In this document: piece after piece, positions 1 to 14,970 of the stretch | Layout of the letters: every line of letters starts with the position of its first letter | Position numbering within the stretch: the stretch's first letter is position 1 | Assembly (NCBI GenBank): GCA_951406725.2 | Contig: OX597821.1 | Coordinates: 44,640,001 to 44,704,000 of the forward strand | Length of the DNA stretch: 64,000 bases | DNA from: Octopus vulgaris | Taxonomy: Eukaryota | Direction: 5' to 3' | Translations under genes and position numbers: made by a program | Notes under the pieces: model-generated | Database searches by the model: none | Told to the model about the DNA's origin: nothing | Seen by the model: only the letters and a program-made list of their open reading frames with translations

Positions 1-163
1 ATTAAATTAGAGATAAAACCACTATTAGGCAAATCAAACAGTGAAAATCATAAACCAATACATAGAAATAAAATTAATTAATAAAAAATATATAAAATAT
101 AAAATTATGTATTGGTTTATGATTTTCACTGTTTGATTTGCCTAATAGTGGTTTTATCTCTAA

Positions 164-169
<6 letters not shown>
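1..169. repeat. Perfect 64-bp inverted repeat with a 41-nt spacer
   Basis: 1-64 is the exact reverse complement of 106-169. Confidence 0.95.
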
Positions 170-204
<35 letters not shown>

Positions 205-271
205 AATTAGATTTAATCCTAAATCTAATTTTTCCCTGTAAGTTTGGATTTACTCCCTAATATTATTATTA

Positions 272-274
<3 letters not shown>

Positions 275-315
<41 letters not shown>

Positions 316-446
316 TACATATACATTTATATATACATACATATATATATACATATATATATACATATATATGTATACATACATATATATATACACATAT
401 ATATACATATATATGTATACACATATGTATACATATATATGTATAC

Positions 447-477
<31 letters not shown>

Positions 478-582
478 TATACATTTATATATAAATACAT
501 ATGTATATGTGCATATATATGTATGTATATATATATATATATATGTATGTATATATGTGTGTGTGTGTGTATATATATATAT
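275..582. repeat. Compound (TA)/(CA)/(TG) microsatellite
   Basis: Directly visible. Confidence 0.95.
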
Positions 583-789
583 AAGAATATAAGTGATGGT
601 ACCATTTTACGGCAAGTGGGGTTCCAGTTTTGTTATATCTCCTATTATTTTTATTAATCTTGTTTTACATTGTAGTATGATGGTATTTTATTATAATCTT
701 TGATTTTTTTCTCTAACCTTCTCTTTCGTCATACATACAATAATTTACAAATTTCAGCATTCTATTTCTCTCTATTTTGTTAGGCTATA

Positions 790-1441
790 ATGGGTAACAA
801 GGTGGACAAGGACCCAGCATCAGAAGGTATCAATGATGAATGTTCCGACAACTGTAAGGAGACTTTTGCTGCTACAAAGTCAACTGATGGAGATGAAACT
901 CCAACAGCAACTGAAGTCAAATTAGGGGAGAACACCTTACAACCTGTTGTCCACAAAGAAACTGAATGTGATATTGATGATGACTTTGACTCAGGTGAAG
1001 ATGTCTTCTATGATGCTGAAGAAGCAGACAAGAGTCAACTGGCTTACGTTGACTCGAACGCTGAAGCTGAAGAGGAGGAAGAAGAAGATGAAGAAGAAGA
1101 GGATGAAGATGGTGATGATGAAGATACCAGCAGCAGTTCACATGAACTCTTAGCTGAAACATTACGTTCAATTCGTGAACGTAAATTGTTAAAGACTAAA
1201 CAAATTGAAATAAAACATCTCAATTTGTTGAATACGTCATGGGTAGATGGATCAACCCAAACTGATGCAAGTCTAGAGACTAGCCAACATTCTGCTGATT
1301 GTGTTCCTGTTGAAGTATTAGCCAATTTGATAGCTCAAGTCGAAGAATTGTTGTCACATATCTCTGATGGTGGCCAGGATTACCAGTCGGCGCTCTCATT
1401 AACTTTACGTCTACAGTTACAGAATATGGCTTCTCCTGCCT
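790..1441 (+). CDS. BIVM: BIVM-family gene, coding exon 1 (acidic low-complexity N-terminus)
   Basis: Acceptor ttttgttag ends at 783, ATG is at 790, donor gtaagt is at 1442. Phase 1 joins exon 2 in frame. The frame is open back to 784, so a coding exon upstream of the window cannot be excluded. Confidence 0.75.
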
Positions 1442-3663
1442 GTAAGTAACATCTGCTGTATTTATTTTGTTGTTTAACCCAATATCAGCTTTGACCAAGC
1501 AGACCTATAGTCAGAGATAAAGCAGACATAATACATCTTATTTTCAGACTCTGTAATATCTAAGACTACACTATTAATTGTTTTCTTACTTTTTTTTTAA
1601 GATGATTGTGTGTGATTAAAAGCAGTTTGGCTACTACTTGTTGCAGGTTGAGCAACAATGTAGAGGTTCCCTCTTTGGCTCATTGTCTTCATAAGCAACT
1701 CTATATATTGTTTTATAAGTAATGTCTGATCTACTTCTGATCTTTAAAAGTAAATGTTTGGTCTATTTGCTATATGTTATAGACTTGTTGTCTTTAAAGG
1801 TAATGTTTGATGTATTTGTTAATCTATAAGTAATATATGAATGCTTATTTATAAGCAATATCTACTTTGATTATATATTTATAAATAGTGTCTGCTACAC
1901 TTTTTGATATAAGAGTAATGCCTGTTCTATTTATTGACTTTCAACTCTTCTAATATATCAAATAATTACATCCAAACATCCAGCTCAAAAATTAACTAAT
2001 TTTTTTCAAAATACTTCCAGGAAAGGGTAAAGAGTGTCTATGTGGGGGAGGGTAAAGTATATGTGTGGGAGAGGAAGGCAGTGTATGTGAATGGATTGAG
2101 TTAGAAATGAAAATATGACAGCAAAAATTAGCATAAAAGCGGGAGGTAACTCCCCCTATCTTTCTCTCGTCTCTCCACTATCAACTGGCCCCTAATCCAT
2201 TCTCCAGTTTAACACAACCTGCTGACCTTTAATCCATCATTCAGTTCAACACTGGCTCTTTCTTGATGCTTGGATGTCTTTAGCAGATGCTTTCTGTTGC
2301 AAGCATTTAGGTCAAACGTTACCTCTCAAAATAACTTCTTCATTACCTGCTATCAGTTTTGGAAGCCCTAAAAATTGTCATGAATGTTCCCTAATTACTA
2401 TGTCTAACCTATAAAATAGATATAAATTTAAGTACATTCCATTTCCCTTCAGTAGAGTTTTACAGTTGAGTCTTAACTGTGTAAAATCAGTAAACTTAGC
2501 TGCAAGTGATGGCAGTGTGTGAGGTTAATATTTATGTTTCGGTGGGTATCATTGATTAGTCCCAGGTCAGCCCAGGTCACACCTAACCTAGAATGAAAAT
2601 CCATGACCACCCTACCTTTTTAGGATTTGTATTAGATGACCATGTCCAATGTCCATCCAGTTTTAAGATTAGAGAGCATCATTTTAGGGAAATTTAGCTA
2701 CTATATCTATCAAGTGGAATGATATGCTAGTAACTGTTGTGGCTTTTATAGCAGAAAACAGAAATATTTCTGTTGGGTGATTATTCAATACTTTATAGCT
2801 TAAACATGATTTCTTGATTGAATTTCTAAAGTATACCGACATTGTTTGACGTTAGTGTAGGTAGGTAATGTAGCTAGCTAACTACAGTTAGTTATTATAC
2901 ACATTATGATGTGAGTGTAGCGATACTGATATAGCTAACTATATCAATGTATTTCTCTGCAAACAGACACATGCATTGTGGTGTGTATGGAGGTGATGTG
3001 CAGATATACATATTATGACATGTGTAGATAGGGGATACAGGTAACTAGCAATCTAGATTTCCAAAAATAAATACACATTGTGATGTGTATAGGCAAATGA
3101 TGTAGCTAACTAGCAATATGTTAGTTTGCAGTTACACACACAGATGTAAGTAACAATAGAGGTTTCATGTTGCTTAAATAACATTATTAGTGGTCAACTT
3201 TTCAAAACATCTTCTTGTAACAATTGTTGTTTGACTAAACAGAAAGCCTTGTATTCTTCACTGACTGGTGTAATCAACTAAATTAAATAAACCCCTATTG
3301 ATTATTAATATTTAGTTTATTTATACTTGTTCAAATGTTAAAATTGACCTCACAAAAACCTAACACTATAAATGTACTTAATTTTATGTAATGTACTTGA
3401 TTTAATGACCCAAGACATTTTCATACCCTAAAAATGACATTCATAGTGTGGATAAGAAAATCAAAATGTAAATGACTAACTGGTCACAAAAGTAGGGGAG
3501 ACAATCCTAGAATTTTAATTGATGAAAATTGATTATAGCAATGAAAAACAATGGTGAGCAAATTTGATACAGTGACCACTATGTCCATGTTTCCATCTTA
3601 AGTTTATTCTCTTTATATTTTCTCTATTCATTCTAATTTGTAGACGTAATGGGTATACTATAC

Positions 3664-4256
3664 TTGTGGTTCTCAAACTTTATGAAGAATTTTATGTGCC
3701 AGTCCCCATAGAGGTTTTTTTGATGATTCATGGTCCCCTATAAAATGCAAGATAATCTGCATGGAGAAAAAGAACATGCATTTATGTACCATAATTTCCA
3801 GGCTTTGAACCGCACTGCTCATAGACCCGCAGCCTCAAAATCCACAACTTAATTTAGACAATGCCCCATTGGGATACAATAAATGCTTGTGAAAATACAG
3901 GGAATCAGTTGATTAATTAGTTACAAAACAACAAAACAAATGAGAAACGAAAAATACCAACAACACATGCATGATCAACTCTTATAACCGCATATTTTCT
4001 GTCAGCCAGTCACACTTGTGTGTATATTCACACAGGTGTGAATAGCAAATGAGTGTGTAGGAGTGACATGGGTTTTTGAGGCCAATGACAAAAAAGGAGG
4101 ATAGCATGCAAAAAAAAAATTGAAAGTCTTGAAATTTTAAAACTTAACTGTCTCAAGCCACCCCATTTTCACAGTACTCCACTGTCTCTTCGTGGGCTCC
4201 CTAAAATCACTTCACAGTCCCCTAAGGGACCACAGACCCCAGTTTGAGAACCACTG
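3664..4256. mobile_element. hAT-type MITE
   Basis: TIR (tt)gtggttctcaaac / gtttgagaaccactg with an 8-bp TSD tactatac / gactatac (7/8 match). Confidence 0.8.
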
Positions 4257-6464
4257 GACTATACGTTACTGATGTGATTTAATAACATAAAAATATATTC
4301 AGAGTTATATCCATACTGTCCTACATAAAATCCATTCCACTTTATTCTAATTTTAATTAAATAAAATTTTATGGTTGACTCCCATCTCTAGACCAGAATT
4401 AATCATAAAGGTATTGTTTCTTTTCACCTGTCTTGGCTGTAATTTTATTAATTAAAATTTCTTGGTTCACTATATTCGTTATGGTAGCACTCATGTTACT
4501 CCTCAGTTTTTGCCATTCATTCTAGGATATTCATTTACCAGTGTTTCTGTAAACTTACTCTTCTCCCACCCCTTCTCCACTCACACACACACACAAAAAA
4601 GACATTTTTTCAGTTGTATGATTTTGGTAGGATCAATTGAATGAAGCAAAGTAAAGCCGTCTTTGTGGAAATTTGGACTTAGAACCTGGAGATTCAAAAT
4701 TAAATATTGTAATTCTTCTAAAAAATGAAAATGATATTAAGTTAGAACTAACACACACACACATACACACACACATTAGCTTTTCAATGCTCTCTGCCTG
4801 AAACATCTTGATGCTAACTTCCCAGTCTCTATGTCTATCTGTTTATATTTCTATACATTTATTGTTAGTTAGCTTTTTAATGCTCTAAAGCATTAAATAT
4901 GTTAGCACTTAGTTACCGATTTATCTCAATACATACTTATTTCTAATTAGTTCTTTGATGCTCTGACTATTAAATATACTAATACTTAATCTAACTAATG
5001 TTATAGTCTGAAATGTTACTATTTTTGCCAACTTCTCTTAATTCAACAAATACTAAAATACAGGTCTTAGAATTCTGCTGAAAACTTTCTGAATCTACAA
5101 GCTCCTTATTTTTGTTATAACACAACTACAACTACTTAATTATAGAATTTCAATTATACTTTAAATCACTAAGCCCCTCTCTCAGTGTCTCCCTCTTTCT
5201 TACACTCCTTCTTAGCATATGTATCCAAAGAAAAGTGTTTGTAGACAAAGGAATGTTCACAGATAGCAACAACAACAATAATAGATTATGAATCATTCAC
5301 TCCTCATTTTCCACATACCAGCAGTAGATCTCTTCAAATCTTATTGGTACAAGTTGATTTGTAGTTAGATTGTAGCACATGGTCTGTGAGCACTGGTTTT
5401 AAATAGAACAGCTATTTAGACATTGAGTATAACACATCAATCAATATAAGTTTACATAAAATGTCTTTGAGAAAATGTATGTCGTTGTGTTTTACCAAAT
5501 CAACTGTGTAATTTGTATTTTAGAAAAGGTGTTAATCATATTTCCATGTTTCTACGATAAACTGTCTACAAGCAGATAATGGCTATCAATAAAGAGAAAA
5601 AGCAGATAACATGTTTTTAGTCGAAATAACAAATGGCAAATGATTTCTCATGTGGTTTAACAGGCTTTGTTAATTAAGGCATCTGTTTCCATTCTGTGGA
5701 GGTGAAACCAGAAAAAGTAGACGGGTGGATCTAAGAGCAGCTTGTTCATGAACGGTTAATCAAAGAAAGAGGAAAATTCTTTAATGTTCAAAATGGTCTC
5801 CAGTTATAGCTAACTTAAGGCAACCCTTTTTAGAACACTTTAATTAAACTGTAATTAAATTGATTGCAAAGACTGATAGGCAAAATGCTGGCTTTTTTCT
5901 TTTACTTTCTAATTATGTTTGGCTTTTACCAATGGTGCCTGAATCAGTGCATGGGGGCACACCATTAATCTAATGAATGTATCATAGTCCTGATTTTCTG
6001 CTAGTTTGCCAGAGATTCCCATTGAACCTGCTGGGTACATGGTTTGTGCAAAAAGAGCAAAACTGTTTCTCTGTTCCCAATGGAATATAGGTCTATATTA
6101 TTTTTATTCTTGTTACTATCTACTATATTGATTACAACAATATTCACCTTAAGATCATCTAAATCAGGTCATCCACTCTTTTAAGTTACAAATTGATTTT
6201 TCTTTAATTCTGCAAACAGAAATTTCCACAGACTTAGAAATCCTGAATGAATTCCAGTTTGAAGAGAAGGCACATGTTAAATTTGTCACTAAGCTTCACT
6301 TTCTGATAAGAGCCCTAATTTTAGATCATGTGGATTGGTAATTAGTTCATAATAAATGCAATAATGTGCATGTACATGCACACGCACTTTCTTTCTCTCT
6401 CTCTCTCTCTCTCTCCACACACTCACTCAGCAGGCTTCCATATGATTTCTCTCTTTCTCTCTCT

Positions 6465-6517
<53 letters not shown>

Positions 6518-6669
6518 ATGTAACAGAATTAAGTGAATAGGTCGCAAGAATGTGATGAAAGCATTTGGTATTGAAAACCACATTAAAAACAAGTGAACGA
6601 TTTCTACAAATCATTAGATGTGTGTGATTCTATTTATCTTAACCGTTACTTAATTATCTCTATGTGCAG

Positions 6670-6834
6670 TGTTAGCGAATGCTGATTCATCAAATACTTT
6701 AAAGCAGCTAAGACGGAAGTCTGAAGAAGTGGAACAAGCAAAATCTTTTGACACAGAAGGCAGCATGGAATCATATGACATCACGTGGGATGTTGGAAAC
6801 TCTGAATGGGACCCCATCAAGAAACAACATACAC
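6670..6834 (+). CDS. BIVM: BIVM-family gene, coding exon 2
   Basis: Acceptor tgcag at 6669, donor gtatgc at 6835. Encodes ITWDVGNSEWD, resembling human BIVM LAWEIDKSEFD as recalled. Phases 1/1. Confidence 0.8.
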
Positions 6835-6898
6835 GTATGCATTTGAATTATATTCTATTTGTTATTGTTGGACACTCTCTCTTTCTCTCCCATGTGTA

Positions 6899-6972
<74 letters not shown>

Positions 6973-6980
6973 CTGTCAGA

Positions 6981-7313
6981 AGTGGATGGCTCAGTGGTTA
7001 GAGCGTCGAGCTTACGATCGTGAGGTTGTGAGCTCGAATCCCGGACCGGGCTGCGTGTTGTGTTCTCGAGCAAGGCACTTTATTTCACGTTGCTCCAGTT
7101 CACTCAGCTGTAGAAATGAGTTGCGACGTCACAGGTGCCAAGCTGTATCGACCTTTGTCTTTCCCTTGGATAACACTGGTGGCGTGGAGAGGGGAGGCTG
7201 GTATGCATGGGCGACTGCTAGCCTTCCATAAACAACCTTGCCCGGACTTGTGTCTAGGAGGGTAACTTTCTAGGTGCAATCCCTTGGTCATTCATGACCG
7301 AAGGGGGTCTTTA

Positions 7314-7315
<2 letters not shown>
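6981..7315 (+). mobile_element. tRNA-derived SINE (young-looking, CpG-rich)
   Basis: A box tggctcagtggtt, B-box-like gagctcgaatccc, and CORE-like tcgagcaaggcactt. It sits in (TA)n. A decayed relative lies at about 22015-22250. Confidence 0.85.
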
Positions 7316-7397
<82 letters not shown>

Positions 7398-8934
7398 ATC
7401 ATGATAAAAAAAGACAAAGAAAGAATCTGGCACATCTTTAATTACCAGTTAAAATTATTTCAGTACCATCCTGTTTTTAATGTCATTGCATGCAAAATTT
7501 TCATATGGAAAGTTACACAATACTTTACATAACCAAGGTATTATGTAAAAGTACTTTTTATACATTAGAGTGGCAAAGACTTGCATCAAAATGTGTGCTT
7601 TTATATTGTGCAATGGTTAATTGTTGTATGTTGCTTATACAGGGACGAAACAACACTCCAACTTTCTACCTTATCAGGACCATAATGTGTGTGTCGTTGC
7701 ATTTGTTCCCCACTGCCACCACCACCACCACCATTTGACATCCAGAGTTGGTTTGATCATATCCCTATAACTTAGTGGTTCAACCAAAGAGACTATAAAA
7801 TAAGTACCGAACCTAAAATTAACTGATGAAGGCAGTATTGTTTGACTAAACCCTTCAAGGTAGTGCCCCAGCATGGTCACAGTTCAATGACTGAAACAAT
7901 TAAATCTTCATCCAAGACATAAAAATGAACAATGACAAATGTAACACACATTACAGTTAGTATGTTTAAATATCATCAACATCATCATTTTAACATCTAC
8001 TTTTCTATGCCTGCGTGAGTCGGACAAAATTCTTGAGGCAGAATTTTTATGGTTGGATGCCCTTCCTGTTACCAATCCTCACTTGTTTCCAAGCAAGTTA
8101 TTATTATTTCCCTTTGCCAACTTGTTTTCCACTGGAAGACTGAGAACAAACAACATCACTTGGATGACAGTGGTGTTCATTTACAATATCACATTATGTG
8201 GAGACAAGCTTGCACAGTACAAACACATACATGCATGTGTGCATATGCGTGCACACACATACACACACAGAGCCCAGGGCTAAAGTAGAAGACACTTGCC
8301 CAAGGTGTTGCACAGTGGGACTGAACTCAAAACTACATGGCTGTAAAGCAAGTCTCTTAACTACACAGTCACACCTGTGTCTCAATATGTCTAAATATAT
8401 TTAAAGAAATTACGGAATCCAAATTTAATATTACAATTTTGGCAATATTCTGAGATCGGACCAAGTCTGTTGTGTAGTTTATGTCTCACAGTTAAACTAA
8501 ATATATCTATGTATATCAAGAGAGTCAAAACTTTTGAAAAGGTTGCAAGACACAACAAAAATTTTAGGAAAATAAAAATAAGAAAAAAGTGGAAATTTTA
8601 CCGGTGAGTGTGTTACATTATAAGGCAGAAAACGAAAATGACTCTCCCCAAACACAACAGTGTATATCAAGCATTTAAAAGAAAAGATATATATAAACAA
8701 TTGAGAAATATATCTAACCACAACAGGGTGGAGAAAAAATATTTTTCAGAACATAAACATTAACTGCTTTAGAGAAAAGAAAGACAAGTGCAATATAGAT
8801 TAACTCGTGAGTTTATTCGTAGTTTATCTGTTGTGACTCTTCTCAAATATAACAGTATTGGTTTCAGCTCATGGTTTCAAATGAAAATTGTTGCAAAGCA
8901 AAATCAGAATTAAATATATCATATGAGCTTTTAT

Positions 8935-9295
8935 CTTTTACTTGTTTCAGTCATTTGACTGCAACTATGCTTGGGTACCACCTTGAACAGTTTTTAGTTG
9001 AATGAATCGACCCCAATACTTATTCTATTGGTCTCTTTTTGCTGAAGTTACAGGGTTGTAAACACACCAACACTGGTTGTCAAGCAGTGAGGGGAGGCAA
9101 ATACAGACACAAAGTCACACACATACATGTACACAACGAGCTTCTTTCAGTTGCCATTTGCCAAATTCACTCATAAGGCTTTGGTTGGCCAGAGGCTATA
9201 GTAGAAGACACTTTCCCAAGGTGCCACACAGTGGCACTGAACCCAGAACCATGTGGTTGGGTAGCAGGCTTCTTACCACACAGCTACACCTGCAC
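8935..9295 (-). mobile_element. tRNA-headed SINE with an internal microsatellite and a gactgaaacaagtaaaag tail
   Basis: Head gtagctgtgtggtaagaag...ggttcagtgccac, body cttctactatagcc. Partial copies lie at about 7700-7905 (+), 8270-8385 (-) and 27665-27760 (-). Confidence 0.8.
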
Positions 9296-9692
9296 CAGTA
9301 GATGTTTACATTTCTATAATTTTCATCAGAACTAGTGTTGAGTTTATATGAATGTTTAGTTTTAGACAAAATTCTATTAAGAGAGATCATGGTGCAATTA
9401 GTATTTGAAAGTATGTGATGATAATATGTTTTATACATCTAATATATACTTTATACATCAATATATTTCATATAATATATTTTAACTTTGTACATTTAAT
9501 GTAATTTATTTTGTGCACCTAATACAATCTGTTTTCTATATCGAATTCAGTATAGTTTATACATCTAGTTTTATTCATCTAACGTACTTTATACATCTGA
9601 TACAATATATTTTATATATTTAATATAATCTATTTTATACCCCTAATACATTGTTTTATATATCTAAATCCTTTTTCTTTTCTTTTTCGTAG

Positions 9693-9798
9693 TCCTGTCA
9701 CCTATGACTGCTGAGTCATCTGAATATTCCTTCCTTAATGATGACAATAGTCTATCTCAGATAATCAATCTCAGAAAGAATCTCGACATTAAACGATG
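9693..9798 (+). CDS. BIVM: BIVM-family gene, coding exon 3
   Basis: Polypyrimidine tract and cgtag acceptor, donor gtgagt at 9799. Encodes SLSQIINLRKNLDIKRW (cf. BIVM IKQRKVLDLRRW). Confidence 0.9.
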
Positions 9799-10559
9799 GT
9801 GAGTTTTCTTAAATAGTTGGGTTTTTACCCCCCCCCCCCACACACACACACTCTTCTTAACTCTTTTGCTACCATATTTCTGTTGAAATGCACTGTCTTT
9901 GTTTCAGTTAATTTTGAAAATAATAAAGAATCTGGTAAAATAACTTTTCTTCATTAAGCTGGTGTTTGGAACATGAATTAGCATGAAATTTTGATGAAAG
10001 CTTTTAACTTAGATCACTTTAAAATGCATATTATGTTGGGTAGTTTAGTCTCAGAATGGTTAATTGGGTGATAATATTTATAATTACTCTTAGGTGGCAA
10101 GTTTGCAGGATCATTACTGTGTTGGGTAATAATGCTCAGTGCTATTTCATCTGTCTTTACATTCAAATGTCACCAAGGTCAACTTTGCTTTTGATCCTTT
10201 TGGGGTCGATAAAATAAGTACCAGTTGAGCACTGGAGTTGATGTAACCAACTTATCTCCTCCCCCAAAATTGCTGGCATTGTGCCAAAATTTGGAACCAA
10301 TATTTATAATTACCTTACTATATTTATTACGTCTGCTTCCATTTACACACCAAGTAGGTAATTCACATTTAATTTGTCCACTCTCAAGACCCTACAACTT
10401 TTGTAGTGGACATCATATCTTCAGCACTGGTGGCAGCAATCATCTGCTGTTTGGCCATAAACTCCAAAAATCTCCTTGGCTTCAAAATTTCTGACCTCTC
10501 CAGTTTCACTTGTACTACTTATGTCCAAGATCTGTGTTTAATCACAGGCAAGATCTATT

Positions 10560-12900
10560 TCCAGTCACCAGACTGGTGTACTGTCATTCCTTTCAACAGA
10601 TACTCACTGCATTTGTGAACACGGTGATGACATATGTCTTGCTGGTGTCACCACTTCTATTTAAGTAGAATATTTTGCTTTATTTGTTATTTAATGGGGT
10701 GAGAACACTTGAAAAAAGCAAATAACTGCTATTCTGAATTCAATGTTGGCAACACCTCTTTCATATTTGCTTCTAGCTGCACCACTTTGGACCCATCTTC
10801 CCACTTAGGATGCAGAACAGACATGTTCAGGTCTAGCTATAACAGCCCATTCTTGAAATGTAGATCCTTTCATTTGAGCTCAAACTACTCCTGATTCTTA
10901 GGCAGTATCATGTACACCTTGAGCTCCACCATATTTGTCCCTTTGCTTTTTTACCTGTTCCAAAATACCAGGATGCAACAGACATATAATAAGAAGGATC
11001 ATATGTAAAATTTCTCTAAACTTTAGCCAAAACTTCTTCCATGGTCCTAGTTCTCTTATTATAATCATCGTCATCAAGGAGTATAGTTGAAGTGTTACAT
11101 ATTCACTGCCTTGGAATATATGCAAGTCCTGATACAAGGTTGCACTTGTTTTGTGATTGCATAATTTGCAGATAATAAACCTTAACTTAGACACAGCTGA
11201 ATGAGATTGTTAGGAAGATTTAACCATCAGCTAATTATTCTCATTCAGCTTTTTGTATCTTTGCTGCACTTTATCCTTCCAGATAGATACATGGAAATGG
11301 GTAGAAAACATCTTGTACTTCAGTTATCAGAGCAGCTTCTCAACAAGAGGCTCTTTGTTGTGAAACAGTAACTGGTAGACTCTTCAGAAAGACTGGCTGC
11401 TTAACACATATCATGCATTGGTAAAAATCCTATCATTATCTACTTCTTCCATTTCCCAGGCTCATTTCTGAAAGTAAACGTGACCTGACTCTTCTATTAT
11501 TTATAGACATATTTCACAGCCTGGACACTGAATTAATGTGGCAAGAAAAGGAGTAGATAGTATGATATAGTCCACTGGTTGTCCAGTTTGATCTTCTGCC
11601 CATCTCTCTGGCTTGATTTCATGGACGTGGCCTCCCTTCCTGGCAGATCTTTATTGGCATTGAAGATATGAATTCTTGCCTACAATTGTGAAGTTTCCAA
11701 GAAACTTTGGGAATCTTTTAGTGCAGTGTCAGTTTTGACCTTAATCCTCCAATGGAAACTTTTTGGTTAGATAGAAGCACGGGGGTCATGCATGATTTTT
11801 TTCTTTCTTTCTCTTTTTTGCCAAAGTGGTGGAATACTACTTCAAGATTCTTCTTCTTTTGTCTAGAATTTCACTGATCATTACCTTGTTTGTCAGTCTC
11901 TTTGAGTGATTTTTATCTTCATCAAAAAGACTACCATACTTTGTTCTGTAAGTTCTTACACAGATTAGGTTAATCCCTGACCTTCCTTTTTGGATTGACA
12001 GTAGTTGTCATTTCTTGTCACTTTAGGTGGTCTTAATAATGAAGAAAGTTGGTTTGTCATAGTACCAGATGACTGTCATTCAGTTTTAGAAAAATCCATT
12101 GTAAAAGAGTTTGTTGTCATATAATAATGGTAACAGGATAATCTCTTGGCCAACATTGACAGTATCATTTCATCAAACAGACCCATATTGCAAATTAGTT
12201 GTTTTTGGATCAGGACAGTTTGTTGTACTCAATTTTTACCTGTTCAATAACTCAATATGGCTGCATGGATTGTTTTCTTCATGGTAGTACTGAAATAATC
12301 CTGTTACATCTGGAACCAACATGATATCAAATGTATTGATATCAAATCGTGATTGATGATCTTCTTCAGTCCAAACTGCTAGCCATCATCACCATGTAGG
12401 AAGAGCAGTACAAAACAGAGGATTGTAAACTTGGTGAAGCTGATTAATTCTCTGGAATCTTCCATCTCAGCTCTGAACCTAACATCATTGTTGCCAGCAT
12501 TTATCTCTAGCATGATTACTGCCACCTCTGAAACCATGGGCAAGTTGTATGTTCTACAGTGGACAGCAGATTGCTCCATGTACTTGTCTGCAAACAAGTC
12601 AACATCTATGCTTTGTATATCAATGATCTCAGTGCCTGCTTTGAGATTTTTGATGTTGGAGTTGTGTTCATGTAATGATTATTCATGAAATATCTCAAGA
12701 ACTAGATTAACATCTCTTCTTCAGATTAAATCAGGTCTGGTTTAACACCAGCGCCTGGTCGTTCGATTTTTTTAATGGTGTCTGATTTAACACCAACATC
12801 TGTCCTTGGTTACCTATAAAGGATTTATCCTTCTTGAAGTGTTCAGCCAGATGCTACCTCCACAACTCACTGCTCTTGTCCCCTTTCTGCCTATGATTTT
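10560..12900 (-). mobile_element. Highly degenerate Helitron Rep-helicase remnant
   Basis: RTYNLPMVSEVAVI, a YYDKPTFFI-like motif (about 12045-12070) and SVQAVKYVYK (about 11500-11532) on the - strand. Boundaries are approximate. Confidence 0.7.
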
Positions 12901-14339
12901 CTCATGGAGCTTGTCTCTCTTTAAGTGGGGTTTTGTCCACATCAGGCTGGGCCTGCAAAAATAATGACTGTTATTATGACTAACATATTTTTAAAATTAA
13001 CAGTGATGAAATGCCTTGCAATATTTAGTTCTAGTAAGGTGGCATGCTGGCAGAATCATTAACATGTCAGGCAAAACGCTTAGTGGCATTTCATACATCT
13101 TCATGTTCTGAGTTCAAATTCCACTGAGGTTGACTTTGCCTTTCAGGACCAATAAAGTAAATACCAGTTGAACACTAGGGGTTGATGTAATTGACTTAAC
13201 CCTCTCCCAAAATTGCTGGCCTTATGTCAAAATTTGAGATCAATATTTAGTTCTAATACTTAATATTTTAAATCCCATTGAAGTCCATTTCCATCCTTCT
13301 GGGATCAATATGTACCAGTCTAATACTAGGGTTCTCGTAGTTTCTTAAAACAAAAGACTGACTGAGAATTAGAAACAATTTTTTACAATGTTGCTTATGT
13401 TTTAAAGACCCTTGTATTCCTGTAAGAATCAATAAACCTCATGGATTATTATCTTTTAGAAGTACATTGATTACTCAAATCTGGTAATTATCAAGATTTG
13501 GCTCACAAATTCTGTGGTAGGTTTGTCATTGTGTCTGACAACAGAAGATACATTCCTTTGCTAGATTTGAGTTTTAACCTAAATTGTATTGTGATATAAA
13601 AGGAAGTTTCAGTATTCTGTCTTAGAAACCGGAGAAATAGAATATTTTATTCTCTTTATCCTATTTTCATTTGTTTACCTAATTAAGCAAACAAGCAAGT
13701 TGTATATAGCAAATAAATAACAATAAATTGATGCAAAAAATACATTGTCTAGGCATACGTTAGTTGAGCAGTCTGTAAGAACTGATTGTGAAGCAGTTTA
13801 AGGATAATTGATGATGACAGTAAATCTTTGTGTCAACATTACTAGCTCTACGCAGTTTTGCTTCAGAAATAGTTTTTTGTTTATTTTGTATTCTTTTTAA
13901 AGTTTTTTCATGAAGAAATTCTTTATAGAGATCTAATTTTCTAGCAAGTTTGTATGATTGGGTAAATAAAAAAAATCTATTTTTGTTGCAATAGTACAAG
14001 ATTCCGATACATGTGGAGCTTAAATTGAATTGGAAATTATTCTACAACATGAACAACAACTGATAACAATTATCTTTTCTTGTTTTCTTTTTACCATTTT
14101 TCTGTGGAGAATATATTCATAGAAAACCTGTCTTTATGGTTCTGGTGATGATGTCTGCCTGAAGTTGAACTGATATCGTGAGAATTACTAACATTAGATA
14201 GAAGCTTAAATATAGTCTATGGGGTAGAAGTGGCTGTGGCAGTTAAGAAGCTTGACCATCTAATATAAAGAATGTCTAAGATATATGGTTTACTCACTCC
14301 AAGGAGTCATTTCACTCAAAAATATCATTAGCAACATTT

Positions 14340-14498
14340 CTTCTGATTTTGCATTCTGAGTTCAAATTCTGTTACGGTCAACTTGGTTTTTCATCCTTTT
14401 GTGGGTTGATAAAATAAGTACCAATTGAACACTGGGGCCAATATAAATGACTAGCCCCTTCCTCCAAAATATCAGGTCTTGCGCCAATAGTAGTAAGA

Positions 14499-14539
<41 letters not shown>

Positions 14540-14970
14540 GGTGGCAAGCTGGCAGAATTATAACTGTGCTAGGCAAAAATGCCTTGCGGTATTTCAACTG
14601 TCTTTACATTCTGAGTTCAAATGCCACCAAGATTGACTTTGCCTTTCATCTTTTCAGGGTTGATAAAATAGGTACCAATTTAGTACTGGGGTCAATGTAA
14701 TCAACTAGTCTCCTCCCCCAAATTTGCTGACCTTGTACCAGAATTTGAAACCATTATCATCATCATTATTATTGTAGGGTGGTGAGCTGGCATACTTAGT
14801 GGCATTTAGTCTGTCTTCATGTTCTGAGTTCAAATTCTGCCACGGTTGACTTTGTCTTTCATCATTTCAAGGTCGATAAATTAAGTTCCAGTTGAACACT
14901 GGGATTAATGTAATCGACTTATTCTCTTCCCCCAAAACTACTGGCCTTGTGCCAAAATTTGAAACCATCT
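14340..14970 (+). mobile_element. Three head-to-tail copies of a Deu/Nin-domain-like SINE
   Basis: Repeated tctgagttcaaat...gactttgcctttcatc...gataaaataagtacc blocks separated by (ATT)n. Single copies lie at about 10093-10310 and 13038-13245. Confidence 0.85.

Noticed and set aside
244-657. Y/I/H/T/C/V-rich ORFs here and at about 21516-21876, 32931-33429, 33789-34277, 57593-58683 and 63297-63700
   Set aside because: They are translations of (TA)/(CA)/(TG) microsatellites, which lack stop codons.
790-1449. Stand-alone 219-aa acidic protein
   Set aside because: A strong donor at 1442 precedes the stop and joins in phase to downstream BIVM exons.
6981-7060. Possible tRNA gene (also 59398-59470)
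   Set aside because: A and B boxes are present, but there is no proper cloverleaf and the sequence runs on into a SINE body.
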